64,000 nt of DNA from positions 3,295-67,294 of the forward strand of contig USPK01000002.1 of the NCBI GenBank assembly GCA_900556465.1, read 5' to 3'. Positions 29,706-40,281 of this stretch are shown piece after piece. The stretch comes from an uncultured Prevotella sp. Lineage in GTDB: Bacteria > Bacteroidota > Bacteroidia > Bacteroidales > Bacteroidaceae. The translations under genes were made by a program, and so were the position numbers. Below the pieces are notes generated by a model. The model saw only the letters and a program-made list of their open reading frames with translations. It did not search any database and was not told where the DNA came from. Every line of letters starts with the position of its first letter. Positions within the stretch are counted from its first letter, which is position 1.

Positions 29706-32700
29706 TCAGCCTATCTCGATGCGGCTGCGGCCTCCCGCCGGCAGCTTGACCAGGCGTACCTGCGGACTGATCTGAGAGCGAATCTGGTCGGTGTGACTGA
29801 TGACGCCTACCTTGCGTCCCTGCGTGTTCTCCAGATTAGAGAGCGCGCTCATGACGAGTTCGAGCGAGTCGTGGTCCAGGTTCCCGAAGCCTTCGTCGAT
29901 AAAGAGGCTGCCTATGGAAAGTCCTTCGGACGAGAGCGAGGCCAGGCCCAGGGCGAGCGCCAGGCTGACGACGAACGTCTCGCCGCCGGAGAGGGAGTAG
30001 ACGTAGCGGTGCTGGTCGAACATGTCGCGGTCGATGATTTCGAGCGTCAGGCTGTCGGGCACGGCACGCAGTTCGTAGCGCGGCGAGAGCTGGCGCAGCT
30101 GGTAGTTGGCGTGGTCCACGAGGTAGCGGAACGTATAGTGCTGGGCCGCCTCGCGGAACTTCTTGCCGTCGGCACTACCGAAGAGCTGGTCGAGCCGGTT
30201 CCACTCGTCGCGGTCCGCCCGGGCGGCGCTGAGGCGCCCGTCGTAGGCGGCGGCTTTCCGTTCGCACGTCTCGTGGGCCCTTAGGCGCAGGTTGATTTGC
30301 CCCAGTTGCTCGCGCAGCTGGGCTTCTTCGTCCTTCAGCTTCGCGGCGGTCTCGGTCAGCCGTTCCCGGGTCTCGTCGGCCTCGTCCGAGGGCCGGTCGG
30401 GAGCGCCCTGCAGCTTCAGCAGCGCCTGCCGGGCGGCGTCGAGCCGGCTGTCGGCCAGGGCGACGGCCTCCTTGAGCCCGTGGATGCGGTCGCGCAGGGC
30501 CTTCCAGTCGCGCCGGTCGGTGAAGATGGCGTCCAGTTCGGCGAACTGCACGGGCGAGTGCGCGCCGTTGTAGCGCAGTATCCACTGGTCCATTTCCTCT
30601 GTCCTGTCGCGCAGCTCGCGTTGCTTCGTGGCCCGTCCCTCGGCAAGGTTGCGCTGCGTGCCCTGCAGCAGTTTGAGCTTGCCGGCGGCCGCTTCGTGGG
30701 CGGCGCGGGTCTGCGTCTCGGCGGTGCGGGCCTTGTCGATTTCGCCCTGGAGGCGTTCCTCCTCCTTCTCGGGCGTCCCGTCGCCGAAGAGGCGGACCAG
30801 CTCCTGCCGCTTGTTGGCCAGCGTCTCGAGTATGACGTCGCGCGTCTCGGCCGCCTGCTGTGCCGCGCGGCGCGCTTCGCCTTCGTTGTGCTCGGCGGCT
30901 TTCACCTCTTCGCGTAGCAGGGCTTCGCTGCGTTGGCATCCCTCGAGCTCGCGGCACGTTTGCTGCCAGTCGCGGTAGAGGGCCGAGAGCCGCAGGCGGA
31001 AGTTGTCGGGGCTGTTCTTCCATTCGCTGAACCAGCCCGACAGGGTCACCATCTCGTCCAAGTCAGTGTAGAGCTCGCCGCACGAGCGGTCGGAGAGCTG
31101 CATGGCCTGCTCGGTGTCGGCGGCCGAGGCCGAGGCTATCTGGAACTGCGTGCGGAGGCTGTCCAGGTAGGTGTGGTCGTCGGCCATTTGGGTGTCGAGC
31201 GCGCTGATGGCTTCGTTGAGCCGGTTGATGTGTTGCTGGTGGTAGTTGAACGTTTCCAGGTCGGTGCGGGCCTCTTCGACGGCGCGCTTCGTATTATCCG
31301 TGAGCAGCCCTATCATAAGGCGGCGGGCGTCGCGGTTGACGGAAGCGGAGCAGTCCTTAAAGGAAGGGTCGAGGTCCGCACAGGCCTGCCACTCCTCCAC
31401 GTCGGCGCGCTGGCGCTCCTCCTGTTCGTCCAGGTTCTGGCGCTCGGCGCGCAGCCGGGCCTCGCCGGCCGCCAACTGCTGTTGCAGGGCGGCGAAGCGT
31501 TCGCGGCGGCCGGCAAGCTCGTCGGAGATTTCCTTGAACTCCTTGCCCAGGTTGGTGAGCAGCTCGCCCAGTTCGCGTTCCGTCTCCGTGTGGTAGGGGT
31601 GGTGCGTGGCGCCGCAGACGGGACAGGCCGTGCCCTCCTTGAGCTGCTTGCGCAGTTGGACGATGTTCTCGCTCTGGCTCAGCGTGAGGGCCACGTTGAG
31701 GCGGTTGTACGTCTCCTCGCTCACTTTCAGCTCCGTGCCGGCGCGCTCCAGGTCCTTGCGGGTCTGTTCCTGCTCCAGCTCGTGGCGTTTTAGCTCGGCC
31801 TGTTTGTCCTCAATGGCCTCGTAGCCCAGGGAAATGCGGCGCCAGAGGGCTTGCGCGCGTTCCAGGCCCAGCAGGCGGTTGCGGTTGTCGGCAAACCGCT
31901 GCTGGAGTTCCACGCTGTCGTGTCCCTGGTTGGTCTGGCGGTGGATGAGGAGCTCGCTCTTCAGGGCCGCCATGCGGGCCTGGTCGGCCTGTTGCTTCTT
32001 CTCGAGCGACTCGGACGTGGCCGAGAGGTCCGATTGCTTTTTCTGCAGGTCTACGTACCGCTTGTGCAGCTCCTCGTTGCGGTGCGTCTCGGTGGTGAGG
32101 ACGGTGAGCTTGTCCTTGACCAGGTCGAACTTGTCGAACATCAGGCGGTGGACCGACAGGGCCTGCTGGTGGAGTTGGTGTTGCTCGAGTTCCTGGAGCG
32201 TGCGGGCCGTCTGCTCGCGCTTGGCGGCCAGGCGCGAGGAGTGTTCCTCGAGCGAGCGGGCCGAGTGGGCCACCTGTTCCTCCGCTTTGTGGAGCTGCGC
32301 CTCTATTTCCGTTATCTGGCCCGTCAGGGCGTGTCCGTGGCTGATGACGGGCCGGCGCTGCGCCATCTGCCGCTCGGCGTCGTTCACCCGTTCGCGGGCC
32401 GTGTCGAGCTGTGCGGCGGTCTGTTGCAGCTGCTTCTCTTCGGCCGCAATCTGTTGGGCGGCGGCGTCCTCCTGGCGCTTGGCCTCCTCGATGTCGTTGC
32501 GTCGCAGGACAATCTGTTGGTAGAGCGACTGGACCGGGAGCAGCGAGTCGTAGCGGTTGAGGAGCAGCTCCTCGCTGCGGAGGCCGACGTACTGCCGGTG
32601 GGCGGCGGCGTCCTCGGCCTCGCGCTCCTTCACCAGGGCGGCGGCCGCGTCGAAGTCGTCGTACCACTTCAGCTGCCGGGCCACGAGCTGCCCCTTGCGC

Positions 32701-33461
32701 GCCGCCGACTCGGCCGAGGCCGACAGCAGCGTGCGCTTCTCGTTGAGTTCCGCCAGTTCGTCGGGCTGGAGCCGGTCGTGCAGGATGCCTGTGATGACGT
32801 TCTCCAAGTCCTCCACCGAGCGGCGCGCCTGGTCCGTCAGCTCGTGAATCTTTTGCGAGATGCGCCCGTATATTTCCGTTCCGGTGAGCTTCTCGAGCAG
32901 GGCCGACTTCTCGTCGCGCCGCGCCCGCAGGAAGTTGGCAAAGCTGTTCTGGGCCAGCATGACGGTGCGCGTGAACTGGGTGTAGTCCAAGCCGATGATT
33001 TCGGGAATGCGCGCGGCTACTTCCTTCTCCGGCACCGTCTCGCGCCGTGGCGAGAGCTGGCGGAGCGAGCGCACCACGCTGTCGTACGTTCCGGTGCGCT
33101 TGAGGCGCAGGCCCCAGCTCGCCTCGTAGCGGGCGCCGTCGGTGGCTGTAAATTCCACACGACAGTAGCCCTCGCGGCAGCCGCGCCGCAGGATGTTGCG
33201 CACGTCGTTGGCCTGGATGGCCTGCGCCCGGTCCTCGTTCTTCTTCCAGCTGTCGCCCTGGAGGCGCTCCACGTTGTCGAGGCGCGGCGCATGGTTGTAG
33301 AGCGCCAGGCAAACGGCGTCGAGGATGGTGGACTTACCGGCGCCCGTGTCGCCCGTAATGGCGAAGAGGCCGGCCGAACGCAGCGGCTCCTTGGTGAAGT
33401 CGATGATTTGTTCGCCCTCGAGCGAAGTGAGGTTGCAGATAGTTATCTTGTCGATTTTCAT
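29706..33461 (-). CDS. sbcC: SbcC exonuclease ATPase subunit (Rad50-like)
   Basis: Walker A TGDTGAGKST, Q-loop LAQNSF, coiled coils, zinc hook CPVC, LSGGE, LFIDEGFG. Confidence 0.94.
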   Translation of the reverse strand: MKIDKITICNLTSLEGEQIIDFTKEPLRSAGLFAITGDTGAGKSTILDAVCLALYNHAPRLDNVERLQGDSWKKNEDRAQAIQANDVRNILRRGCREGYCRVEFTATDGARYEASWGLRLKRTGTYDSVVRSLRQLSPRRETVPEKEVAARIPEIIGLDYTQFTRTVMLAQNSFANFLRARRDEKSALLEKLTGTEIYGRISQKIHELTDQARRSVEDLENVITGILHDRLQPDELAELNEKRTLLSASAESAARKGQLVARQLKWYDDFDAAAALVKEREAEDAAAHRQYVGLRSEELLLNRYDSLLPVQSLYQQIVLRRNDIEEAKRQEDAAAQQIAAEEKQLQQTAAQLDTARERVNDAERQMAQRRPVISHGHALTGQITEIEAQLHKAEEQVAHSARSLEEHSSRLAAKREQTARTLQELEQHQLHQQALSVHRLMFDKFDLVKDKLTVLTTETHRNEELHKRYVDLQKKQSDLSATSESLEKKQQADQARMAALKSELLIHRQTNQGHDSVELQQRFADNRNRLLGLERAQALWRRISLGYEAIEDKQAELKRHELEQEQTRKDLERAGTELKVSEETYNRLNVALTLSQSENIVQLRKQLKEGTACPVCGATHHPYHTETERELGELLTNLGKEFKEISDELAGRRERFAALQQQLAAGEARLRAERQNLDEQEERQRADVEEWQACADLDPSFKDCSASVNRDARRLMIGLLTDNTKRAVEEARTDLETFNYHQQHINRLNEAISALDTQMADDHTYLDSLRTQFQIASASAADTEQAMQLSDRSCGELYTDLDEMVTLSGWFSEWKNSPDNFRLRLSALYRDWQQTCRELEGCQRSEALLREEVKAAEHNEGEARRAAQQAAETRDVILETLANKRQELVRLFGDGTPEKEEERLQGEIDKARTAETQTRAAHEAAAGKLKLLQGTQRNLAEGRATKQRELRDRTEEMDQWILRYNGAHSPVQFAELDAIFTDRRDWKALRDRIHGLKEAVALADSRLDAARQALLKLQGAPDRPSDEADETRERLTETAAKLKDEEAQLREQLGQINLRLRAHETCERKAAAYDGRLSAARADRDEWNRLDQLFGSADGKKFREAAQHYTFRYLVDHANYQLRQLSPRYELRAVPDSLTLEIIDRDMFDQHRYVYSLSGGETFVVSLALALGLASLSSEGLSIGSLFIDEGFGNLDHDSLELVMSALSNLENTQGRKVGVISHTDQIRSQISPQVRLVKLPAGGRSRIEIG

Positions 33462-33500
33462 TGTCGTACGGTTTAGGGGGATAGGGGCAGGGCCTGCGTC

Positions 33501-34742
33501 CTACTCTGTCGTCATCGCTTCGCGGGCGGCGCGTTCAAAGCGCGTTGCCAGTTCGTCGGGCATGGCGTCGTGGTATTTGTGCTCGAATACGCGGCGGGCC
33601 ACGTCGATGGGTTCGAGCGTGCGGAGCGACTCGGGGACTGCGGCCGCGGCGTCGGCGTCGGGGGCCGCGGGCGTTTCGCGCACCATGCGGCACAGGCGGA
33701 CGGCGCGGTCGGCCAGGAGCTGCGTCACCTCGTTGAGGAGGGCGGGCTCGGGCTGGCGTTCCTCGACGCGTATCTCCAGGTAGGGCCACGTCGAGTCGTC
33801 GGGCTCGGCCGAGCGGAGCGGCAGGGCGGCGCAGGCCTCCAGGACCTCGCCCGGCGAGGCCGCGCCCCGCTGCGGGATGGAGACGAGGCGGCGCTGCGGC
33901 GTGTATTCGATGCGGCTCACCTCGACGTGCCCGGCGGCGTCGATGCCGACCTGTGTCACGCCGTGGTGGTAGCCTTTCTCCGAGAACGACATGGGCAGCG
34001 CGCTCCCGGCGTAGTAGACGGCGTGGCGCTTGTCGCCTACGCGCTGCGCCTGGTGCAGGTGGCCCAGGGCCACGTAGGCCGCGCCGCAGTCTACGGCCGC
34101 CACGTCGACGCAGTCCTGCCCGCCCACGACAAGGCGTTCGCTGTGCTCCCCGGCGCAGATTTCGGCCCCCGCGGCGTAGAAGTGGGCCGCCACGACCACG
34201 GGCAGGCCGCGGAAGTCGCTTTTGCGCAGCCGCCGCGTCAGGTGGTCCAGGTACCAGGCTATGCCCTCCTGCGCCGAGAGCCCCGAGGGGTAGTCCGACG
34301 GCCGCAGGAAGGGCAGGGCGAAACAGACCACCTGCGCCTCGGGCCCCTGCCGCGAGCTCAGCGGAAGCAGCAGGTTGTCGAAGTCCGGTGTGTCGCTCGC
34401 TTCGTCGCGACGAACCACGCCGCGCACGTATATGTTGAGCGGCCGGAGCAGTTCGCTCGTCGTCTCCAGACGGCTGGCCGAGTCGTGGTTGCCTGCGGTG
34501 ACGACCACCTGCAAGCCGGGGACGGCCTGCGTGGCGCGGACCAGAAAATCGTAGTAAAGGCGTTCGGCCGCGGCCGACGGGTTGGCCGAGTCGAAAACGT
34601 CGCCCGTGATGAGCAGGGCGTCGGGCTGGCGCGTGCGCAACGTGTCCAGCAGCCACTCCAGGAAGTGGCGGTGCTCCTCGAGGCGGCTGTAGTTGTGGAA
34701 CGTGTTGCCCAGGTGCCAGTCGGCGGTATGGATGATGTTCAT
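33501..34742 (-). CDS. sbcD: SbcD nuclease subunit (Mre11-like)
   Basis: HTADWHLG, TGDVFD, GNHDS, ALGHLH, YAGS; TAACTTTG box at 34786-34793 (-). Confidence 0.95.
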   Translation of the reverse strand: MNIIHTADWHLGNTFHNYSRLEEHRHFLEWLLDTLRTRQPDALLITGDVFDSANPSAAAERLYYDFLVRATQAVPGLQVVVTAGNHDSASRLETTSELLRPLNIYVRGVVRRDEASDTPDFDNLLLPLSSRQGPEAQVVCFALPFLRPSDYPSGLSAQEGIAWYLDHLTRRLRKSDFRGLPVVVAAHFYAAGAEICAGEHSERLVVGGQDCVDVAAVDCGAAYVALGHLHQAQRVGDKRHAVYYAGSALPMSFSEKGYHHGVTQVGIDAAGHVEVSRIEYTPQRRLVSIPQRGAASPGEVLEACAALPLRSAEPDDSTWPYLEIRVEERQPEPALLNEVTQLLADRAVRLCRMVRETPAAPDADAAAAVPESLRTLEPIDVARRVFEHKYHDAMPDELATRFERAAREAMTTE

Positions 34743-34906
34743 AAGCTAAGTCTTGAGGCCGGCCGACTGGCCGGCTGTTAATCGGCAAAGTTAAGTTTTT
34801 TCGTTGAGGCGGCGCAGTTTCTTCCGGGAAAAGTGAGCGCCTTTTTTTGCCCCTTCGCGTCGCGCGGCGGCCGGTCCTGCCGCGCCCGCTCCCTGTCCCT
34901 CTCGCC

Positions 34907-34965
34907 ACGGGCCTTAGCCCCGTAAAAACTGGGCCTATTCCCGTAAAAACTGGCCTTAGCTCCGT
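34907..34965. repeat. 21-bp-period palindromic array, copy 6 (3 units, reverse orientation)
   Basis: Units at 34907, 34928, 34949. Confidence 0.9.
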
Positions 34966-35111
34966 TCTTTCCGTCATTAGCCGCGTCCGCGCGCCGACGG
35001 CGGCAGGCGCGCGGCACAGTGGGATACGAAGACCGCCCACCGGCTCCCGGAGGAGCGGCGGGCGGCGGAGAAATGGCCGGACGGCGCAGGCGGAGAAAGC
35101 GCCGCGGCGCA

Positions 35112-38100
35112 TTACTTCAGTATTACTTTCTGGCCGTTGTGGATATAGAATCCCTTCTTCGGGTGAAGCACGCGGCGGCCGCTCAGGTCGTACCACGGGC
35201 CGTCCTCGCCGGCCTCGTCCGTCGTGACCGTATCGATAGCGTCGATGGCATTCTTGCAGAATGTGTAGGTCACGTCGAGCGAGCCCGTCATCGTACCGCT
35301 CGTCTCCGTGGCGCTACACTTCACGTAAGGATAACCGTAGGGCGCGGACACGGGGCAAGTGAGCGTGTAGGGCTGGCCTGCCCGGACGAAAAACGTGTAA
35401 GCGCCCAGTCCCACGTTGGTGCCGTCCTCCGTCACGCAGGTGTAGCGGATGGCGAAGTAGGGCTCGGTGCGGAATTTGTAGATGCGGTAGGGGTGCGGCT
35501 CGCCGTAGCCCGTCAGCGCGCCCTGGTTGCCGTTGAGGTAGAGGCCGTTGCGCACGCCGCGGACGGTCCAGTCCGCTCCGTCGTATTCAAATTCAAACGA
35601 TTCGCCGTACTTGCTCAGCGTGATGTTGCCCCCGGAGTTGAGCATCGGGATATAGAGGCCGTTGGCCGCCTGCAACTGATAGCCGCGGCTGTCCTCGACG
35701 AACTTCCAGACGTAAGCCGGCGTGCCTTCCACCGTATAGTTCGTCACGACCTGGTTCGTCAGCAAGTCGAAAGCCAGATAGCCGTTGCGGTTGGTGGCCG
35801 TTGTGTTGTTGTAGATGAGATAGTAGTTGCCGGGCTCCAGCGTAGCGACCGGCTCCAGGCGCTCGGCGTACGAGGGATAGGCCTCCGTGTCGTAAGTGAC
35901 GGTGATAAGCGTGTCGCCCGTCAGGACCAGTGAGCGGTCCGCGCTGGCCTCGGCAAAGGTGTAGTAGGGCAGTTCGGGCACCACCCAGCTGAAGGCCTGG
36001 GCCTCCTCGGGCGTAGCGGTCGTCACGCTGCGGCTGATGAGGTTGCCGCTGCGGTCTACGGCCTCCACCGTGGCCGCGTAGGCCGTGCGGCGGTAAGTCA
36101 CGTCGTAGGTCAGGTCCGTAGTGACGTTGTCGCTTCCGGTAAGGGTGGACAGGTCCGTGACGCAGGTGAAGCGGTCGATGACTGGCGGCTGGGGCACGTA
36201 GCTGGAGCCCAGCTCTACGCTCTGCGTGAACGTGCCGAGCGAGTTACCCTCCGTGTCGACGGCCCGGTAGGTGGCGCGAACCACCTCGACGAAGCGCCAG
36301 TGCGAGCCCTGGGGAACGAGGGCGCCCGCCGTGGGCGTGAAGGTGCCGGGATTGACCGCGTAGCCCTCGCCCACGGGGATGAAGAGGCGCTGGCTCTGGT
36401 CCGCCACGGTGAAACTCTGCTCGTCGGTGTCGTACGTCAGGACGAGCTGTGCGGGCGTATCGCCCAGACGAACGGGCGCGTCGGTCGAGCTGACGGAGCG
36501 TCCTGTCGTGGCGTTGGTCAGTGTGATGGTCTGCACGCCGTCTGTGGAGGCCGATGCCGTGACGGTCCAGGCGTCGTCGCACCACGGTTGGCGGGCGTAG
36601 CCCAAGGCGGTCCCGCCGTTGTCGGCCCAGCGCAGGCCCTCCAGGTTGGCGGCCGTCGTCTCGATGCGGTAGGTGTGTCCGTCAGCGATGCTTTCCGTGG
36701 GCCCCGTCTCTTCTTCCTCGTGCTCGGGGACAAAGGTGAAGAGGCCGCCGTTACCGTCCGCGGGATTACCGTAAACGTTGATGGCCCACTGCTGACCGGC
36801 CATGGCGGAGTTCATATAGTAACCGTTGTGCGCCTCACTGCGGATGGAGTAGTAGTAACGGGTGCCGTCGGCGCCGTAATAGCCGTTCTCGCCCAGGAGG
36901 AAGCTGTAGTGGCGCGTGGAGTAGTCGTAGCTCCAGCGGTCGGCGGTCGAGGTGCCCGTCTGCGGGTTGACGGAGCCGTCGGGTGCGCCCTGGCAGACCA
37001 TGGCATAGTAGCCCGGCCGCTCGGGGTCCTCGACGAACTGCCACATCTGGTAGGCGTAGTCCGGATCGGTAGCGTCGGCGACGGGCGTATTGCTCCAGAG
37101 CTTGCCGGCCTGGGCCGCGCTGGCGCCGTCAATGGTGGCGCCGTCGCGCACCAGCTGGACGCAGCGGCCGGACCTGCCGTCCGTGGCACGGGTCACGAGG
37201 CGGTAGTTAGCGCCCGCCTTGGGCATCACCTTTTCCGTAGCTTCCTCGTCCACGATGTAGTGCGTGGCGTAAGTGTAACCGCCGTAGTTGAGCAGGGCCG
37301 TATCGGCGCGCAGGCGTTCCACGAAGTCGTCAAAGTTCTTCCTGGAGGACGGCGTCCAGGCCGATTCGGCCAGGGCGATGAGCCTGGGCAGGGCCTGATA
37401 CTCCAAGCCCTTGGGGGTAGAGACGTGCTCGCACCAGAACGTGCCCTGGATGCCGAGCGTCTTGGCCCTTACCTGCGGGCTGTGGTTATAGACAATCTCG
37501 AGCGTGCAGTCCGTGCCGCTGCCCGCGTTATAGACTTCGTCGGGCTCGCTGCTCTGCTTGCGGTTGATGTAATACTGCGGCTGCGGCGTGAGGATAGTGG
37601 CCATGTCCAGGTTCTGTGCTACGCTCGAGGCGTTGTCTGCCCCCACCCAGCACATGATAGTCAGGTCATCGCCGCGCAGTAGTTCCGTGTCCGACCCGGC
37701 CGCGGTGACGCTCTCGTTCCAGGCGATGAGGCGGCGCCGGTCCTTAGGGTCCTCCTTGCTGGCCATATACTGGGCCAGCTCGTGCGTAAAGTGGCTCTGC
37801 AGGGCCCTGAAGCTCGTCAGTCCGAGCTCGTTGTAGAGGGCCTGGCACTCTGCGTTCGTCTCCCAGGCGGTAGAGGGACATTCGTCGCCCCCTATGTGAA
37901 TGTAGGACGAGGGGAAGATTTCGGTCAGCTCGTCCAGGATGTCTTTGCAGAACTGTATGGCCTGCGGGTTGGCGATGTTGAGCACGTCGGACGAGACGCC
38001 GCCGTCGTTCCACACGCGGTGGGAGCCGTAGGGCGAGCACGAGAACTCGGGATAGGCGGTCATGGCCGCTGTCATGTGGCCCGGCATCTCTATTTCGGGG

Positions 38101-38897
38101 ATAACTTCGATGTGGCGCTCGGCCGCATAGGCTACGATTTCCTTCATGTCCGCCACGGTGTAGAAGTAGGGGCCGTACTGGTCGGCTACGTAGTAGCGCC
38201 CGTACTCCATATCCACGTCGTAAGAGCCTTGGCGCGTAGCCCCGACGGTCGTAAGGCGCGGGTATTTCGGCATCTCGAATCGCCAGCCCTGGTCGTCGGT
38301 CAGGTGCCAGTGGAAGCGGTTCATTTTGTAGTAGGCCATGACGTCGAGCATGCGCTTGAGTTGGTCCACCGTCCAGAAGTGGCGCGAGCAGTCGAGCATG
38401 AAGCCGCGATAGCCGAAGCGCGGGCGGTCTATCACCGTGCCGGCGCCCACGCTGTACGTCGTGACGTCCGGGTCGGCCTTCTCCGCCATTACGTTGTCCG
38501 GCAATAGCATCTTGAGCGACTGGAAGGCGTAGAAGAATCCGGCCGCCGTTCGGGCCTGCACCGTGATGCGGTCCGGCGTCACGTCGAGCTGATAGCCTTC
38601 GGCGCCCAACTGGTCGCCGTCCAGCACTTCGCAGACCACGGCCGCGTCGGCGTCGGCCGTGGACTGGATGCCCAGGCCCGAGGCCGTGTTGAAGGCAGTG
38701 ATGAAGCGCTCGGCCTCGACTTTCAGGCTGTCCGGCAAGGCCTCGCAGGCCACCCGCGTTTCCGGCGTGAAGGTAAACGTACCCTCGCCGGCCGAGTAAC
38801 GCATCGGCTTCGGAATCATCGTCTGGGCCTCGGCCGGCGGCGTAAGGGACGCGGCAGCCAGTCCCAGCGTGAAGAATAGTTTGTAGAGTGTTTTCAT
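35112..38897 (-). CDS. GH20 beta-N-acetylhexosaminidase, multi-domain T9SS cargo
   Basis: PRFGYRGFMLDCSRHF, HWHLTDDQGWR, EIEMPGH, catalytic HIGGDE; C-terminal WYDLSGRRV...KGFYIHNGQKVILK tail. Confidence 0.92.
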   Translation of the reverse strand: MKTLYKLFFTLGLAAASLTPPAEAQTMIPKPMRYSAGEGTFTFTPETRVACEALPDSLKVEAERFITAFNTASGLGIQSTADADAAVVCEVLDGDQLGAEGYQLDVTPDRITVQARTAAGFFYAFQSLKMLLPDNVMAEKADPDVTTYSVGAGTVIDRPRFGYRGFMLDCSRHFWTVDQLKRMLDVMAYYKMNRFHWHLTDDQGWRFEMPKYPRLTTVGATRQGSYDVDMEYGRYYVADQYGPYFYTVADMKEIVAYAAERHIEVIPEIEMPGHMTAAMTAYPEFSCSPYGSHRVWNDGGVSSDVLNIANPQAIQFCKDILDELTEIFPSSYIHIGGDECPSTAWETNAECQALYNELGLTSFRALQSHFTHELAQYMASKEDPKDRRRLIAWNESVTAAGSDTELLRGDDLTIMCWVGADNASSVAQNLDMATILTPQPQYYINRKQSSEPDEVYNAGSGTDCTLEIVYNHSPQVRAKTLGIQGTFWCEHVSTPKGLEYQALPRLIALAESAWTPSSRKNFDDFVERLRADTALLNYGGYTYATHYIVDEEATEKVMPKAGANYRLVTRATDGRSGRCVQLVRDGATIDGASAAQAGKLWSNTPVADATDPDYAYQMWQFVEDPERPGYYAMVCQGAPDGSVNPQTGTSTADRWSYDYSTRHYSFLLGENGYYGADGTRYYYSIRSEAHNGYYMNSAMAGQQWAINVYGNPADGNGGLFTFVPEHEEEETGPTESIADGHTYRIETTAANLEGLRWADNGGTALGYARQPWCDDAWTVTASASTDGVQTITLTNATTGRSVSSTDAPVRLGDTPAQLVLTYDTDEQSFTVADQSQRLFIPVGEGYAVNPGTFTPTAGALVPQGSHWRFVEVVRATYRAVDTEGNSLGTFTQSVELGSSYVPQPPVIDRFTCVTDLSTLTGSDNVTTDLTYDVTYRRTAYAATVEAVDRSGNLISRSVTTATPEEAQAFSWVVPELPYYTFAEASADRSLVLTGDTLITVTYDTEAYPSYAERLEPVATLEPGNYYLIYNNTTATNRNGYLAFDLLTNQVVTNYTVEGTPAYVWKFVEDSRGYQLQAANGLYIPMLNSGGNITLSKYGESFEFEYDGADWTVRGVRNGLYLNGNQGALTGYGEPHPYRIYKFRTEPYFAIRYTCVTEDGTNVGLGAYTFFVRAGQPYTLTCPVSAPYGYPYVKCSATETSGTMTGSLDVTYTFCKNAIDAIDTVTTDEAGEDGPWYDLSGRRVLHPKKGFYIHNGQKVILK

Positions 38898-38960
38898 AAG
38901 CCAATAAATGTAGGGAGATGAATGAATACGGGGATAAATTTACGGTTTTTTTCGGAAGCT

Positions 38961-39035
38961 ACGGGCCTTAGCCCCGTAAAAATTTCCCCTATCCCCGTAA
39001 AAACTGGGCTAAGGCCCGTGTCTGGCGCGACTGTC
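38961..39035. repeat. 21-bp-period palindromic array, copy 7
   Basis: Units at 38961, 38982, 39003; flanking ACTGTC at 39030. Confidence 0.9.
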
Positions 39036-39061
39036 GGCGTGCGCCGTGCCCCGCGCGACGG

Positions 39062-39107
39062 AAAAAGGGCGCGGCGCCTTCCCCCGTCGGGAAAGGGGCC
39101 GCGCCCT
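39062..39107 (-). terminator. Intrinsic terminator of btuB-btuG
   Basis: AGGGCGCGGC...GCCGCGCCCT hairpin with a T-tract on the minus strand. Confidence 0.7.
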
Positions 39108-39131
39108 GTGGCGGCAGGGGCCGCGCCGCCG

Positions 39132-40226
39132 TCACGAGAAGATGACGGCGCAGGGATAGACGCCCGCGTTGTAGCGGCAGACGTACTGGCCCGTGCTGGT
39201 GTAGCGGTAGACGTAGCCCGGCGCCGTGTAGTCGTAGGCCGAGGGCTGCGTGCCGATGTAGATGTCGCCGTTGCCCGGATGCACGTCGATGTCGATGGGC
39301 GACGCCGGCAAGTGGTCGGCCGGAAGCAGGTCGGCGTCGAGGACCGTACCGTCGGTCGTGCGGTAAGCGGTGTAGGTCACCGTGCTCTGGGCCGGCGACG
39401 TCGTCCAGTCCGTGTAGTTGTAGACGGCATAGAGCGTCGTGTTCCAGACGGCGATGTTCGAGCCCGGGGCAAAGTCCGCGACGGCATCGTCCGGCGTGAT
39501 CTTCTGAATCAGCGGCTTCGTGGCGCCATAGTCCCCGCGGCAGACCACGAAGACGTTACCCCCGCTGTCGGCCCGGATAGGGCCCGGGTTCATGCCCACG
39601 GGGATGTCCTTCACCGCCTCGAACGCGCCGTCGGCGATGCGTAGCTTGGCCACGCGGAAGCCGTTGGCATAGCCGCCCGCCGAGTTATAGCCGTCGGAGA
39701 TGGATACGTAGAGGTAGCCGCCCGAGGCGGTGAGGTGCGCCGGGTTGGGGCCCACGGCCAAGTGGCCCGTGACGTCGAGCGAGAGCGTGTCGATGCGCGT
39801 CACGTAGCCGTCGTTGTTCGACACGTAGACGCAGCCCCCGGCCGCGCAGATGCCTTCCGGCTCGTTCGTCTGTATTTGCCGGACGATGCGGGCCGTCTGG
39901 CGGTCCACCACCCATACCAGGTTGGAGCTGTACATGGCGATGTAGAGGCGCGAACCATAGGCCACGCCGTCCTGCGGCGAGTCGCCCAGGCTCTGGCCGT
40001 TGACGGCGGCGAAAATGCTACTGGTGTAGGTGTCGTCCAGCAAGTCGATGCGGTCCAGGGTCCCGTCGATGCCGCTGTAGAAACTGCCCTGGTTCAGCAC
40101 GTAAGCCGTCGTCGACGGCGTGCCCACGGGCGGCTCGATGACGGGCGTTGCGGGCTCGTCATCGGAACAGGAGGCCAGACCCAGCAGCAGGAGCCAGGCG
40201 CAGTCGGAATACTTCAAGATGTTCAT
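39132..40226 (-). CDS. Surface lipoprotein beta-propeller, BtuG-like B12-capture protein
   Basis: Lipobox LASC followed by acidic SDDE export signal; YVLNQGSF and NGQSLGD propeller motifs; directly after the B12-regulated TBDT. Confidence 0.78.
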   Translation of the reverse strand: MNILKYSDCAWLLLLGLASCSDDEPATPVIEPPVGTPSTTAYVLNQGSFYSGIDGTLDRIDLLDDTYTSSIFAAVNGQSLGDSPQDGVAYGSRLYIAMYSSNLVWVVDRQTARIVRQIQTNEPEGICAAGGCVYVSNNDGYVTRIDTLSLDVTGHLAVGPNPAHLTASGGYLYVSISDGYNSAGGYANGFRVAKLRIADGAFEAVKDIPVGMNPGPIRADSGGNVFVVCRGDYGATKPLIQKITPDDAVADFAPGSNIAVWNTTLYAVYNYTDWTTSPAQSTVTYTAYRTTDGTVLDADLLPADHLPASPIDIDVHPGNGDIYIGTQPSAYDYTAPGYVYRYTSTGQYVCRYNAGVYPCAVIFS

Positions 40227-40281
40227 AGGTTAGGGATGATAGTTAGGGTGAAACGTATCGTAGGAAACAGGCCCGTCCGGC

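Noticed and set aside
20548..34742. Sir2 or SbcCD as anti-phage defence systems
   Set aside because: The sirtuin is a stand-alone CobB type and SbcCD is canonical; no defence partner genes nearby.
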